A model generated the notes under the pieces. It made no database searches and had not been told where the DNA came from. It was given only the letters and a program-made list of their open reading frames with translations. This document shows positions 16,822-26,023 of a DNA stretch of 62,811 nucleotides, in pieces (position 1 is the first letter of the stretch; each line of letters opens with the position of its first letter). The position numbers and the translations under genes are program-made. The stretch is from a virus (Duplodnaviria > Caudoviricetes), in the IMG/VR virus record IMGVR_UViG_3300038393_002510, positions 1 to 62,811 of that record; one strand, 5' to 3'.

Positions 16822-17168
16822 TGGACCGGCTCCGTGACGTGCCGGCAGATCAGCGGCTCACCGCGGTGCCGGGGCCAGTCGTTGATGAGGTGCGCGCAGC
16901 GGGTGCAGTAGTAGGCCCGCGTGCCGTCGTTCCACCAGTTCCGGCCCTTGATCGGCTCTTGGCAGGCCGTGCGGTTGCAGTTGCCGTCGAACCGGCCCTT
17001 CAGGGCGGCCTTCTCCTCGGCCGCGCGCCGGGTGGCCGCGGTCATCTCCTCCGGCAGGCCCCGCGGGCGCGGGAACAGGTCCGAGCGGCGGACCTGGTGC
17101 TTGATGATGCGAGACGGCTTGGTCGCCTCCCGCTCCTGGTATCGACGGACCTGGCGCGAGGTCATCAC
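16818..17168 (-). CDS. Cys-rich (Zn-finger-like) phage protein
   Basis: CNRTAC...YYCTRCA. Confidence 0.7.
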   Translation of the reverse strand: MMTSRQVRRYQEREATKPSRIIKHQVRRSDLFPRPRGLPEEMTAATRRAAEEKAALKGRFDGNCNRTACQEPIKGRNWWNDGTRAYYCTRCAHLINDWPRHRGEPLICRHVTEPVQ

Positions 17169-17416
17169 AGGCGCCCTGTGATGACGGCCGGGATCAGGAT
17201 CCGGAACTCGCCCGGAGTCATCGGGTCCTTGGCCTCGAAGTGCTCGTCGCCGATCTTCACGAAGGCGCGGTAGGTGTCCCGCTCCTCGTTCACCTGCTTG
17301 CAGACGCGGCCCGAGACGGCCTCGCCGGCCAGGAACCCGAGCCGGGTCTGCATCGCCGGCGGCACGGCGTTGAGGGCCTCGTCGTAGGCCTCGGCGGTGA
17401 TGGGCTTCCAGTTCAT
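17165..17416 (-). CDS. DUF1419-like small protein
   Basis: ITAEAYDEALNAVPP...FLAGE pattern. Confidence 0.55.
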   Translation of the reverse strand: MNWKPITAEAYDEALNAVPPAMQTRLGFLAGEAVSGRVCKQVNEERDTYRAFVKIGDEHFEAKDPMTPGEFRILIPAVITGRL

Positions 17417-17428
17417 CGGGGCTCCTCC

Positions 17429-17818
17429 TCAGTTGCGGGGCAGGTTGCGGAAGTCGTCCTGGGTGAGCGCGTGCTCGGCCTTCAGGGCGTGGATGACGCC
17501 GTCGAGGATCCAGATGTCCCGGCCGCCGATCTCGGGGTCGAGGCTCTCACCGGGCGCCGCGAAGCGGGTCCAGGCACCGTTGCGGCGCTCCCAGCCGGCC
17601 TCGATCGCAGCCACGTCGTCGTGATGGTCGTCGAGTTCGTCCACCGCGTCCTGGAGCTCGCGCACAGCCGCGGCCAGGTCGCCGCTCTCCCAGTTCGAGA
17701 GCACCATGCGGGCGGCGAGGTAGAGGGCCTGGTTCTTGGCCTCCAGGTCGTCGCCGCGCTCCTTCGAGAGCACGAAATCCACGTCCTGCTTCTGGCTCGG
17801 GCTGATCGCGGTCTGCAT
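17429..17818 (-). CDS. hypothetical protein
   Basis: GAGGAG RBS before MQTAIS. Confidence 0.7.
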   Translation of the reverse strand: MQTAISPSQKQDVDFVLSKERGDDLEAKNQALYLAARMVLSNWESGDLAAAVRELQDAVDELDDHHDDVAAIEAGWERRNGAWTRFAAPGESLDPEIGGRDIWILDGVIHALKAEHALTQDDFRNLPRN

Positions 17819-17867
17819 CGAAATCTCCTCTTCCAAGTCAGTGCTGACTGACAATTATTGTTTTAGA

Positions 17868-18146
17868 TCAAGCGCTTAGGGCTGTCGGTAGGGACAGTGA
17901 GGCGCGTGCGAGGGCGTCGCTGTAGCGGTTCAACCGCTGCACCCGGCGGCCGATCTCCTCCTCCATCCAGTCGTCGTAGAGGTGGGTGAGGTGATCGCAG
18001 ACGCTCTTGGCGATGCTGCTGTAGGTCATGGGCTGCCAGCCCGGGCCGGCGCAGCCGATGCACTCCAACTTGCCGCTCGGCTTCATGGGCGCGAGCAGCT
18101 CGGCGTGTTCGTGGCAGCCGCAGGCGCCGCAGGGGATCGTCGCCAT
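17868..18146 (-). CDS. Cys-containing hypothetical protein
   Basis: CGAC...CIGC. Confidence 0.65.
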   Translation of the reverse strand: MATIPCGACGCHEHAELLAPMKPSGKLECIGCAGPGWQPMTYSSIAKSVCDHLTHLYDDWMEEEIGRRVQRLNRYSDALARASLSLPTALSA

Positions 18147-18820
18147 CAGGCCGCTTCCTCCTCGTCGGCCTCGGCCGGAGGCGTGGTCGACAGCTCAGCG
18201 AGGTAGCGGGTCGCCTCCTCCTGCATGTGCCTCGGCAGGGCCTCGTGCAGCTTGGTGCGGATCGCGTTGAGGATCTCCCAGACCAGGCCCACGTCCGTGT
18301 GCTGGGCGCGCTCGCAGGAGACGGCGAACTCGTCGATGGTCTCGATCACGTCGGCGCAGGTGTCGCGCGCCTTGAGCAGGTCCGGGACGGTCACGCCCTC
18401 GAAGCCATGCTCCTCACTGAAGGCGCACTCGTCGCCCTCGTGGTTGATGACGTCGGTGACGTAGGGGTAGGCCTCGTCCCGGAAGTGCTGGCCGCTGCCG
18501 TCGGCCTTGCCGTCCACCACCAACTCGCGGGCGACGCCGGCCGCCTGGTCAGCGTCGGTCGCCTCCACGAATGCCTCGAAGCGGGCGTAGGCGTTGTCCT
18601 CGATCAGGACCACGCGGAACGGGGTGACGACCTCGAACTTGTCGACGCCGATGATGAGGAAGAGGCCGCGGCCGTTGTCCCACTTCACGCCGATCTGGCG
18701 CGTTTTCTCGTGGACGGAGGTGACAGTGCCCAGCGTGCCCGGCTCGATGGGGTTCGGGTCATGCGGCATCTCGATCAGGCGGATCCGCGTGCCGACCTCG
18801 GGGAGAGCTTGGTGTGTCAT
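18146..18820 (-). CDS. DUF4314-domain protein
   Basis: GTRIRLIEM.DP.PIEPGTLGTV..V....I.VKWDNG..L.LI.GVDKF. Confidence 0.8.
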   Translation of the reverse strand: MTHQALPEVGTRIRLIEMPHDPNPIEPGTLGTVTSVHEKTRQIGVKWDNGRGLFLIIGVDKFEVVTPFRVVLIEDNAYARFEAFVEATDADQAAGVARELVVDGKADGSGQHFRDEAYPYVTDVINHEGDECAFSEEHGFEGVTVPDLLKARDTCADVIETIDEFAVSCERAQHTDVGLVWEILNAIRTKLHEALPRHMQEEATRYLAELSTTPPAEADEEEAA

Positions 18821-18941
18821 CGCTGACTGACGTCCTGTGTGCGTGTTGTCGATAGCGACAACGTAGCAGCGCAGCGCGAACGTGTCGGTTGGCGTCGTGC
18901 GGCAAGTCAGTGGTGACTGATGGTAGCCGTGGAGTCAAGGC

Positions 18942-19238
18942 TCACGGATCGAGCCGGATCATGGGCGCGAACCATGGCTCCCGATGGCGCCAGCCGTTCT
19001 TCCGCACCCAGCGCACCCAGCCGGCCGGGTCCGGGTAGACGGTGTGCCCTCCCCTTCTCCCGCAGCCCGTGCAGCGCAGGCGGTGGCCGCAGGCGTCCAT
19101 GTCGAGATGGTCGGGCAGCGCCAGGTCCGCGGCACGGACCTCGGTCTCGTGCTTGCAGATCGGGCAGCGCACGGAAAGGGCGAGACCCGCCTCGCGGACC
19201 TCGCCCAGTAGGATCGGAGGAACAGGATCACGGCCCAT
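18942..19238 (-). CDS. small Zn-ribbon protein
   Basis: CPICKH...LRCTGCG. Confidence 0.65.
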   Translation of the reverse strand: MGRDPVPPILLGEVREAGLALSVRCPICKHETEVRAADLALPDHLDMDACGHRLRCTGCGRRGGHTVYPDPAGWVRWVRKNGWRHREPWFAPMIRLDP

Positions 19239-19273
19239 CCGATCAAGCTAGAGCCGAACGGATGGGGAACAAG

Positions 19274-19801
19274 TCAGGCGGCGAGCGCCATGGCCTCCAC
19301 CTCGCACAGCACCTCGGGCCAGAGGCTCGGGTGCCGATCGGCCGTGCCGTTGAGGATGGTGATCGCGGACTCGACGTGCTCACGCATCAGGCCCGTGGCG
19401 AAGCGCGGCTTCACGAAGAACGGCCGCTGCTCGGGGAGCATGTCGCAGTCGTCGTCCAGGATGCAGTAGCGGGGCGTCCTTGGGTGACGGCCGAGCCACT
19501 CACGGATCTGGCAGCCGCGCCGGGCCCGCGGGTGCTCGTTCGGCACCCAGTCTCGCGTGGTGCGCCAGTCCTCGTGAAACTGCCCCGCGAAGCCGCCGGC
19601 GATCAATCGCTCGCGCAGGCCGTCGTCGCTGCGCCAGGTCGAGGAGACGACCACCCGGCAGACCGTGGACAGACACAGCAGGTTGAGGAGCTGCATCTTC
19701 CACTCGGGGATGTAGCGCGGGTCGCGGGAGCCCCAGAGCTCCTCGCCGGACAGGATCACCCCGTCGATGTCGAGAAACAGGACGGGGTGGTCTGGCCTCA
19801 T
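19274..19801 (-). CDS. HAD-domain protein (Swiss Army Knife RNA-repair type)
   Basis: LFLDIDGV, VVSSTWR, YCILDD. Confidence 0.85.
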   Translation of the reverse strand: MRPDHPVLFLDIDGVILSGEELWGSRDPRYIPEWKMQLLNLLCLSTVCRVVVSSTWRSDDGLRERLIAGGFAGQFHEDWRTTRDWVPNEHPRARRGCQIREWLGRHPRTPRYCILDDDCDMLPEQRPFFVKPRFATGLMREHVESAITILNGTADRHPSLWPEVLCEVEAMALAA

Positions 19802-20037
19802 GCCTCGCGCCTCTCGATGACGGCCTGCACGTTCTCCGGGCGGGCAGCGAGGATCGCCGCCTTGCACGCCTTCATCATCAAGCCCTGCTCGGCCCGGCTG
19901 TAGGTCTCCCAGGCCAGGACGGGGCACTCCTTGTTCGGGTGGAGCCGCACCCAGGCCCGGCGCCATTCGGCGAGCCAGGACTGGGTAGCGATCTCCAGCG
20001 CCGTCAGGGAGAGAGCGGACGCCGGAGACGGCGCCAT
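19798..20037 (-). CDS. hypothetical protein
   Basis: Coupled ORF. Confidence 0.6.
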   Translation of the reverse strand: MAPSPASALSLTALEIATQSWLAEWRRAWVRLHPNKECPVLAWETYSRAEQGLMMKACKAAILAARPENVQAVIERREA

Positions 20038-20579
20038 CAGGCGGCGCGCCCGATCGTCGCCGGGCCGCGCGAGACGCGACCCTGCAGGCCGATGCGGATC
20101 AGCGCCTCGGCGTGAGCCTCGGCCAGGTAGCCCGGCAGCACGACCGTGAGCCGCGCCTCGCCGAGCTGGGCGGTGAGGTGGTCGATCACGTCGTCGAGGA
20201 GCTTGGTCTGCTTCGCGTAGGCGTCAGCGATGCGGCCCTGCTCGACCGAGTCCACCTTGTAGGCGGCGAGCTCCGTCTCCAGGTCGTCGCGCTCCTGGCG
20301 CAGCTCGTCGACCATCTCGGAGAGGACGTTGCGCTCGCCGGCCAGGGCGAGGATGTTGACGCCGTGCTCCTGGCCGAACCGGCGCCAGCCGTCGCGGATC
20401 CGCTCGATGTAGGCGAGCGCATCGACCGTGCGGCCGTCGATGAAGTTCTCGGCCCGGATGGCGTAGGCCCGCGCCTCCTTGTCGGCGTTCCGGATGATCG
20501 AGCGGCTGTAGAGGACCGCAGCGCCGATGGTGGCACCGCTGAAGACGGCGGCGAAGATCGAGGAGGTAATCGGGTCCAT
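20037..20579 (-). CDS. N-terminal TM plus coiled-coil protein
   Basis: Hydrophobic N-terminus; GGAG RBS; preceded by promoter and operator motifs. Confidence 0.7.
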   Translation of the reverse strand: MDPITSSIFAAVFSGATIGAAVLYSRSIIRNADKEARAYAIRAENFIDGRTVDALAYIERIRDGWRRFGQEHGVNILALAGERNVLSEMVDELRQERDDLETELAAYKVDSVEQGRIADAYAKQTKLLDDVIDHLTAQLGEARLTVVLPGYLAEAHAEALIRIGLQGRVSRGPATIGRAA

Positions 20580-20642
20580 GTGGCTTCTCTCCGTGGTGTG
20601 AGTAAGTGCTGACTGACTATAGCGAGGGCGCTTCGGGGTTTC

Positions 20643-21560
20643 TCAGAGCATGTGCGGGATGAGCGCGAGCCCGCACACGATGGCGATGAGGAAGCTGGCG
20701 ACGGCGTAGCCGACACGCAGCCTCCCGGCCGGCGACAGCCCGTAGGGGAGCTTGATGGCCTCGGGCAGCGGCGTCGGGGTGAACCGCTCGCCGAGCTTGA
20801 GGTGCTGGCTCGCGGTCGCGGCGACCTGGATGAGGGTCGGCTTGTTGCCGAGCGCGACGCCGAAGCCCCAGAACTGGCCCGGGTCGAGGTCGCGCAGACC
20901 AAGCGCCTCGTCGCTCTTGAGCGGGAAGCCGAGGTTGTTGGCCGCGGCGTTGCGATCGAGGACCTGCCCGACCCGGCCGACGAGCCAGGTGTTGCACTCG
21001 CCGGTGGCGTCCTTGGTGATCTTGGCGAGCCGCTGGGTGCAGAGGATGCCGGTGAAGCCGCGCTTCCGGCCCTGGCTCATCAGCGTGCAGATGGCGCGGC
21101 GCGAGCTGCCGGCCGGCCCCGATTGCGGGGCGTAGCGGTGCGCCTCGTCGAGCACGACAAAGGCCGGCTGCCAGAGAGCGCGCGGCACGGTCATCATGGC
21201 GTTGAGGAACGAGGCGATGAACTCGCGCTGCTGGTCGAGGTGCTCGGTATCGTCAAACTGGATGATGACCGAGGTCTTGGTCTTCAGGATCCAATCCACG
21301 AGCGTCTTGGCGGATCGCGGCCGGAGCATGTCGGCGTAGGGGCCGCCCACGATCACGTAGGGGTGGAGCTGGCGCAGAGTGTGGAACTCCTGCTCCGGGT
21401 CGATGATGATCTGGACGCCCTTGCCCCAGAGCTGCTCCAGGACCTTGCGCACCGTGTGGGTCTTGCCCGAGCCGGTGTTGCCGATGATCGCGAGGTGGGT
21501 GCCGAGCAGCTTGTCGCTGTCGAGCACCACATCCTGTCCCGCCTCGTCGTGCCCGATCAT
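20643..21560 (-). CDS. short HerA/FtsK-like (DUF87) ATPase with C-terminal TM helix
   Basis: HLAIIGNTGSGKT, IDPEQEF, LDEAHRYAP, GRKRG, TQR. Confidence 0.85.
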   Translation of the reverse strand: MIGHDEAGQDVVLDSDKLLGTHLAIIGNTGSGKTHTVRKVLEQLWGKGVQIIIDPEQEFHTLRQLHPYVIVGGPYADMLRPRSAKTLVDWILKTKTSVIIQFDDTEHLDQQREFIASFLNAMMTVPRALWQPAFVVLDEAHRYAPQSGPAGSSRRAICTLMSQGRKRGFTGILCTQRLAKITKDATGECNTWLVGRVGQVLDRNAAANNLGFPLKSDEALGLRDLDPGQFWGFGVALGNKPTLIQVAATASQHLKLGERFTPTPLPEAIKLPYGLSPAGRLRVGYAVASFLIAIVCGLALIPHML

Positions 21561-21641
21561 GCCAACTTGCTCACTTGCTGCTTTCGATAGCGAGACAATG
21601 CGCGAACCAAAGCAGGCAAGCTACTGGCACGTATAGGCTTT

Positions 21642-21830
21642 TCAGTCCTCGCTCTCGCAGAACTGGATCGAGAAGGGCGTCTCCACGCCCTCCTTCACGG
21701 CCTTCTGGACGGCGTCGTCCATGCGCGGGACGGGCCCCTGCCACCGGCCGCCCTTCTTCGGGAGCCGGAAACGCACCGACCCGGTCTTGGGGTCGGCGAG
21801 CCGGATCTTGAGGACCGGCCGCTCGCTCAC
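21642..21830 (-). CDS. hypothetical protein
   Basis: GTGA overlap; VSERPVLKIRL... Confidence 0.55.
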   Translation of the reverse strand: MSERPVLKIRLADPKTGSVRFRLPKKGGRWQGPVPRMDDAVQKAVKEGVETPFSIQFCESED

Positions 21831-22237
21831 GCGGCCTCGTCCAGCAGATCCTCGCTGCACACGCCGTCGGCGAGCTTGCGCTCCAGCCGCGCCTTGAAGT
21901 GGTCGACGGACTTGGACAGCACCCGGTCGATCTCGGCGCTCTCGCAGTGGTCCGCGGAGATCCCGGCCGTGTCGCACAGAGCGAGCACCGAGATGCCGAC
22001 GCCGCCGACCTCCTGGCCGATCTCACCGGGTGGGTTGGCGTAGACCTTGTCCACGAGGCCGGCGATCTTCGCCTTGGGGTAGCCGCAGGCCTGGGCGAGC
22101 TCCAGGGCCTCCTCCAGGACCCGCTCGGCCCGGAAGCGCAGGTTGAGGGTGCGGGCGCCAAACACCCGGGTGATCCAGTCCTTGACGGTGGCCTGGCGCT
22201 TGTCCCGCGTGAAGCGGGTCTGAGACGGAACGGACAC
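21827..22237 (-). CDS. MazG-like nucleotide pyrophosphohydrolase
   Basis: RVLEEALELAQA...QEVGGV. Confidence 0.6.
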   Translation of the reverse strand: MSVPSQTRFTRDKRQATVKDWITRVFGARTLNLRFRAERVLEEALELAQACGYPKAKIAGLVDKVYANPPGEIGQEVGGVGISVLALCDTAGISADHCESAEIDRVLSKSVDHFKARLERKLADGVCSEDLLDEAA

Positions 22238-22310
22238 GGTTCTCTCCCGATAAGTCAGTGGTTACTGATGCGGATTGGCAGCAGGGCGCGCGACAGCGCC
22301 CTCCCCTCCC

Positions 22311-22583
22311 CTAGTTCAAGCTGCCCAGGTCGATGCCCTCGCCGACGACGGCCGGGTCGCTCGCCATGCGCTCCAGGATCGCCATCACCTCGGGGAACTT
22401 GAGCGCGACGGCCAGCGCCATGAGCTTCTTGCCCTGCGCGATCTGGGCCGGAGTCAGGTCGCCTTCGATGCCGGTCGAGAACACCTTAAAGTTGCCATCG
22501 GCCTTGAGAATGATGCCGGCGTCGCCGTCCTCGATCGGGGCCGATACGACGTTCTCCAGGGTCAAAAGAGAGTTTGCCTTCAC
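22311..22583 (-). CDS. hypothetical protein
   Basis: AAGGA RBS; preceded by a GCTATAG -10 element. Confidence 0.65.
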   Translation of the reverse strand: MKANSLLTLENVVSAPIEDGDAGIILKADGNFKVFSTGIEGDLTPAQIAQGKKLMALAVALKFPEVMAILERMASDPAVVGEGIDLGSLN

Positions 22584-22696
22584 GCTGAGATCCTTACGTT
22601 GTGGAGTGCTGTGGATGAGGTGCGCTGTGCGCGCTTCGCATCGCTTCTATAGCGCGAGCGCGCTTGATTTTCGCAGGGTTCTGTAGGAACTAATTG

Positions 22697-22879
22697 CTAT
22701 GAGAACAGAACGGGAACAAGCGATGCCGAGTCGGGGTATCCCAGAAGGTCAGAAGCCCCGGAGGGTGTCCGGGGCTTCCGCTGATAGACCTTCTTGCTCG
22801 CGACGATCCGACGGCGCAGGCCGGGGTCGGCCAGAGCTTTCGCGTAAGGGTTCCGCTTGGGTGGGGAAGTTGATTTCAC
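22697..22879 (-). CDS. ArfA-like (alternative ribosome rescue factor) small protein
   Basis: KRNPYAKALADPGLRRRIVASKKVYQRK resembles the ArfA core; GTG at 22879 with GAGG RBS; in-CDS hairpin at 22752-22778. Confidence 0.6.
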   Translation of the reverse strand: MKSTSPPKRNPYAKALADPGLRRRIVASKKVYQRKPRTPSGASDLLGYPDSASLVPVLFS

Positions 22880-23130
22880 GATTCGCCTCGCTTTCTGAAT
22901 ACATGTTGAACGTAACACGCTCAAGTTGGCGCGTATCGCGCGAAAAGCGCCTCCACTATCTTGCCATACGTTTCTTGCATGGCGTCACTGCCGACGGCGT
23001 GAAGGCCCCTTCCACTTTTTCCGTGACCGATTTATGGACACAGTCCAACCCGGGGAATGAGGTGGAGCGTCGGGGCATACCCGCCCCTCGCCAACCCGGC
23101 GCACACACTTCTGAGGGGGCTAAATCCACG

Positions 23131-23691
23131 ATGACCGAGGTTGCGAGCTACCGTTTCCACGCGATGACGGAAGAGCTGGCCGCTCGTATCGAGGGCACAC
23201 TGCATGATTTCGCCCGTGAACACGGGCGGGTCTACAACGCCATGGATATGCACCAATCGCATCTGTCCGTGAAAGATCTTGCCGAGCAAGCGGTTATGTT
23301 CGGCATGAACGTGTGGGCGCACAGCCCCGAAGACCACCAAGGCAACCTACCTGGGAACGTTGTCCCTCTCACCAGGCGCAAGCCTGCGGGTGGGCCGCGC
23401 ATGCTGCGGACCGCTCTCCAGACCATCACTGCCGTGATCGCAACGACCGTGGTGGCTGCGGCCACGACCGAGGCTGTGAGCCTGCCCGGCCTCCACTACG
23501 TCACCCACTTCATCTACGCCAAGCACGCGCCACCGCTGGTTGAGCGCACCGTTGAGGACCATGGCCAACTGAGGCGGGTCGTTTTCCAGCGCATCCCGGG
23601 CGAGCCGTTCGAGGTCGTCCACGTCATCAGCTCCCGGCCGGTGGACGACCCCATGATCGCCACCGCCCCGGACCACGAGCAGGAGGGCTGA
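23131..23691 (+). CDS. hypothetical membrane-associated protein
   Basis: GAGGGG RBS before ATG 23131; central hydrophobic segment. Confidence 0.6.
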   Translation: MTEVASYRFHAMTEELAARIEGTLHDFAREHGRVYNAMDMHQSHLSVKDLAEQAVMFGMNVWAHSPEDHQGNLPGNVVPLTRRKPAGGPRMLRTALQTITAVIATTVVAAATTEAVSLPGLHYVTHFIYAKHAPPLVERTVEDHGQLRRVVFQRIPGEPFEVVHVISSRPVDDPMIATAPDHEQEG

Positions 23692-23692
23692 G

Positions 23693-24013
23693 CTACCAGC
23701 TCCCCCAGGCGTAAGCGTCCTCCTCGACCCGCTCCAGCGCCAGCTCGGGCAGGATCTCCGGGGCCTCGTCGGGCTCCTGTGCCGCATTGGCGATTTCGAG
23801 CAGCCGGGCCACGTAGCCCGGCAGGGCTTTGCGGGCGCGCCGATACTGCGGCGGCGTCATCCGGTCCTGATACCTGGGCAGCTTGGCGTAGATGTCCGCG
23901 AGGAACGCGGCATCCGGTCCGTCGAAGCCCGCGGGTGCGAGCGCCTTGATGGCCCGCTTCACCGCCGCGTCGGAGCGCTGGATCAGCGCCAGGATCGTCT
24001 CTTGCGTGTGCAT
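23693..24013 (-). CDS. hypothetical protein ending in WGSW
   Basis: GGAG RBS; normal codon usage. Confidence 0.7.
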   Translation of the reverse strand: MHTQETILALIQRSDAAVKRAIKALAPAGFDGPDAAFLADIYAKLPRYQDRMTPPQYRRARKALPGYVARLLEIANAAQEPDEAPEILPELALERVEEDAYAWGSW

Positions 24014-24025
24014 CGGGCGCTGCTC

Positions 24026-24242
24026 CTAGCCGGCGAGCTGGACGGTGACGACGGCGTCGAGGTCGACGAAGGCCAGCTCGTCGTTCGTGCCGATCACCAG
24101 GACCGCCCCGGCCGGACCCTCGATGACGCGGTGAGCACCGGCGTAGGTGCGGTTCTGGGTCTGGACGCTGATCTCGAAACCCTCGCCCTGCCGGAATTTC
24201 TCGATCTCGCCGAGGATGGTGTTGAACTTCCCCAGGTGCATG
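24026..24242 (-). CDS. small hypothetical protein
   Basis: AGGAG RBS before MHLGKF. Confidence 0.65.
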
Positions 24243-24356
24243 ACGTTGTTAGCTCCTGTCTGTTTCGACATTCAGAAGCTACGACAACCATTGCGCTGTG
24301 TCGGGTGGCATCTAATGGCATGTGCTATACTTCCACGATCACAAGGAGATCGTGTC

Positions 24357-24710
24357 ATGTATGAATACCGTGCCACTCTGAAGAAGGTCGTCGATGGCGA
24401 TACCGTGGATGTGGAGCTCTCGCTGGGCTTCGACATCTACCAGAGCCATCGCCTGCGGCTCTACGGGGTCAACACCCCGGAGCTTCACGACAGGGACGCG
24501 ACCATCCGCGCGAAGGCGCTGGAGGCCAAGCAGTTCCTCATCGACACGCTGCCGACCGCGGCCGGCGCCATCACCGTGCGGTCGCACAAGGACGCGGGCG
24601 ACAAGTATGGCCGCTACCTCGCTGAGCTGTTCCTGCCGGAGCAGGAGGTCAGCGTGAACCAGCAGCTTGTCGCCCGCGGGTTGGCCGTCCCCTTTATGAC
24701 GGACGGCTGA
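24357..24710 (+). CDS. thermonuclease (SNase family)
   Basis: KVVDGDTVDV, RLYGVNTPE, DKYGRYLA, VNQQLV..GLA. Confidence 0.92.
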   Translation: MYEYRATLKKVVDGDTVDVELSLGFDIYQSHRLRLYGVNTPELHDRDATIRAKALEAKQFLIDTLPTAAGAITVRSHKDAGDKYGRYLAELFLPEQEVSVNQQLVARGLAVPFMTDG

Positions 24711-24716
24711 GTTCGA

Positions 24717-25097
24717 TCAGACGGCCGGGGCGCCCGGGACCGCGAACACGGGCGCCACGTAGGGCACGTTCACGTAGACCGCGGTGTAGAGCGTGCGCGG
24801 GTCGATCGCAGCAGCGGCCTTACCCTTCGGGGCGCGGGCCTCGAGGGCGTCGACCAGGTTCCGGACGTCGTAGGCCTTGCCCAGCGCCGAGACGTGGGGC
24901 TGACCCATGCCGAGGAACTGGCCGAGCGGGCCGATCGCCACGTTGACGACGGTGCCCTCGACCTCGCCGTCGGTCGTGGTGATCTTGACGGCCTCGCCGT
25001 TGCGGTAGGTGGCGTAGGCGTCAGCGCCGAGGAACAGCTCGAAGAAGCCAGCGCCGGTCTGGACCAGGGCCTTGGGCGCGTTGACGGTGATGTCCAT
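24717..25097 (-). CDS. hypothetical protein
   Basis: Normal codon usage. Confidence 0.7.
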   Translation of the reverse strand: MDITVNAPKALVQTGAGFFELFLGADAYATYRNGEAVKITTTDGEVEGTVVNVAIGPLGQFLGMGQPHVSALGKAYDVRNLVDALEARAPKGKAAAAIDPRTLYTAVYVNVPYVAPVFAVPGAPAV

Positions 25098-25111
25098 GTC
25101 GTTCTCTGCTC

Positions 25112-25561
25112 TCAGTTTGAGGCCACCCGCATCACGCGGCGGCCATACTCGGTGCAGGACGGCCGAGCGCCAATCCCGCGGTTATACAGGGAGACCCCGG
25201 AGCACCCGGCCCCTCCCCGATTGATGGCCGCGCGCAGGTAGCGCATTGCGGCTGAGATGTTCTGGCGGCAGTCGAAGACGTTGCGCACGCCCATCGCCCG
25301 CGCCGTGGAGCGGATGAGCTGCCCTGCCCCGGCCGCACTCGAATGCGGGTTCCGGGCGTGGCAGTCGCCGCCGCTCTCGACCTTGATGATCGCGTGACCG
25401 ATCCGCACCGGCACGCCGGCCGCGCGGGCTTCCTGGGTCACGATGGACCAGACGTTGCCGCTGGCCCGGTGATGACGATGATGGCGATGCCGGGCTTCGG
25501 CCTCCCCGGTCGTGGCGATGGTCGTCAGTGCGACCAGGGCCGCAATCGTTGTGAGGCGCAT
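25112..25561 (-). CDS. secreted lytic transglycosylase (SLT domain)
   Basis: Signal peptide; VESGG, GAGQL, YN.G motifs. Confidence 0.85.
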   Translation of the reverse strand: MRLTTIAALVALTTIATTGEAEARHRHHRHHRASGNVWSIVTQEARAAGVPVRIGHAIIKVESGGDCHARNPHSSAAGAGQLIRSTARAMGVRNVFDCRQNISAAMRYLRAAINRGGAGCSGVSLYNRGIGARPSCTEYGRRVMRVASN

Positions 25562-25819
25562 CCGCCCTCTCCTTCTCTCGCTCGCTGAGTAAGTCAGCGC
25601 TGACTGATTATAGCGAAGCGCGCTCGGGTTTGACGAAGCGCCCTGCCTGATCGTCAGAAGGTGGCTGGGATCGCGTGCGCGCGTCGCTGAGACGCTTCAG
25701 CTTGCGCGCGCTGTCTGCGTCGCTCGCGCGCGTGCCGAGTCTGTGTGAGCGTCTGAGCGCATTCTAGCAGCGCGGCACTCGATCGCGCGAGCGTGCGCTG
25801 TCTGCAAGCGTTCATGCGG

Positions 25820-26020
25820 GCCTGTGGGCAGGCGGGCAGACCGGCATGCAGATAATTTCGGCGTCGCGGCTTGGCGGTTACAGACAGGTAACGATGGCTG
25901 TGCTGAAACCGAGGCAGGCGAGTCGGCTCGTGGGATTGTGGGCAGGCCCGCAGATCCACAGGCCCGCAGATCCGCAGGCGGGCGAACGGACACGAAGGCG
26001 AGACGACAGGCAGGAGTGCA
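25820..26020 (+). repeat. TGTGGGCAGGC-type repeats upstream of parA (operator/centromere)
   Basis: Copies at 25823 and 25937 plus CCGCAG repeats. Confidence 0.6.
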
Positions 26021-26023
26021 GAC

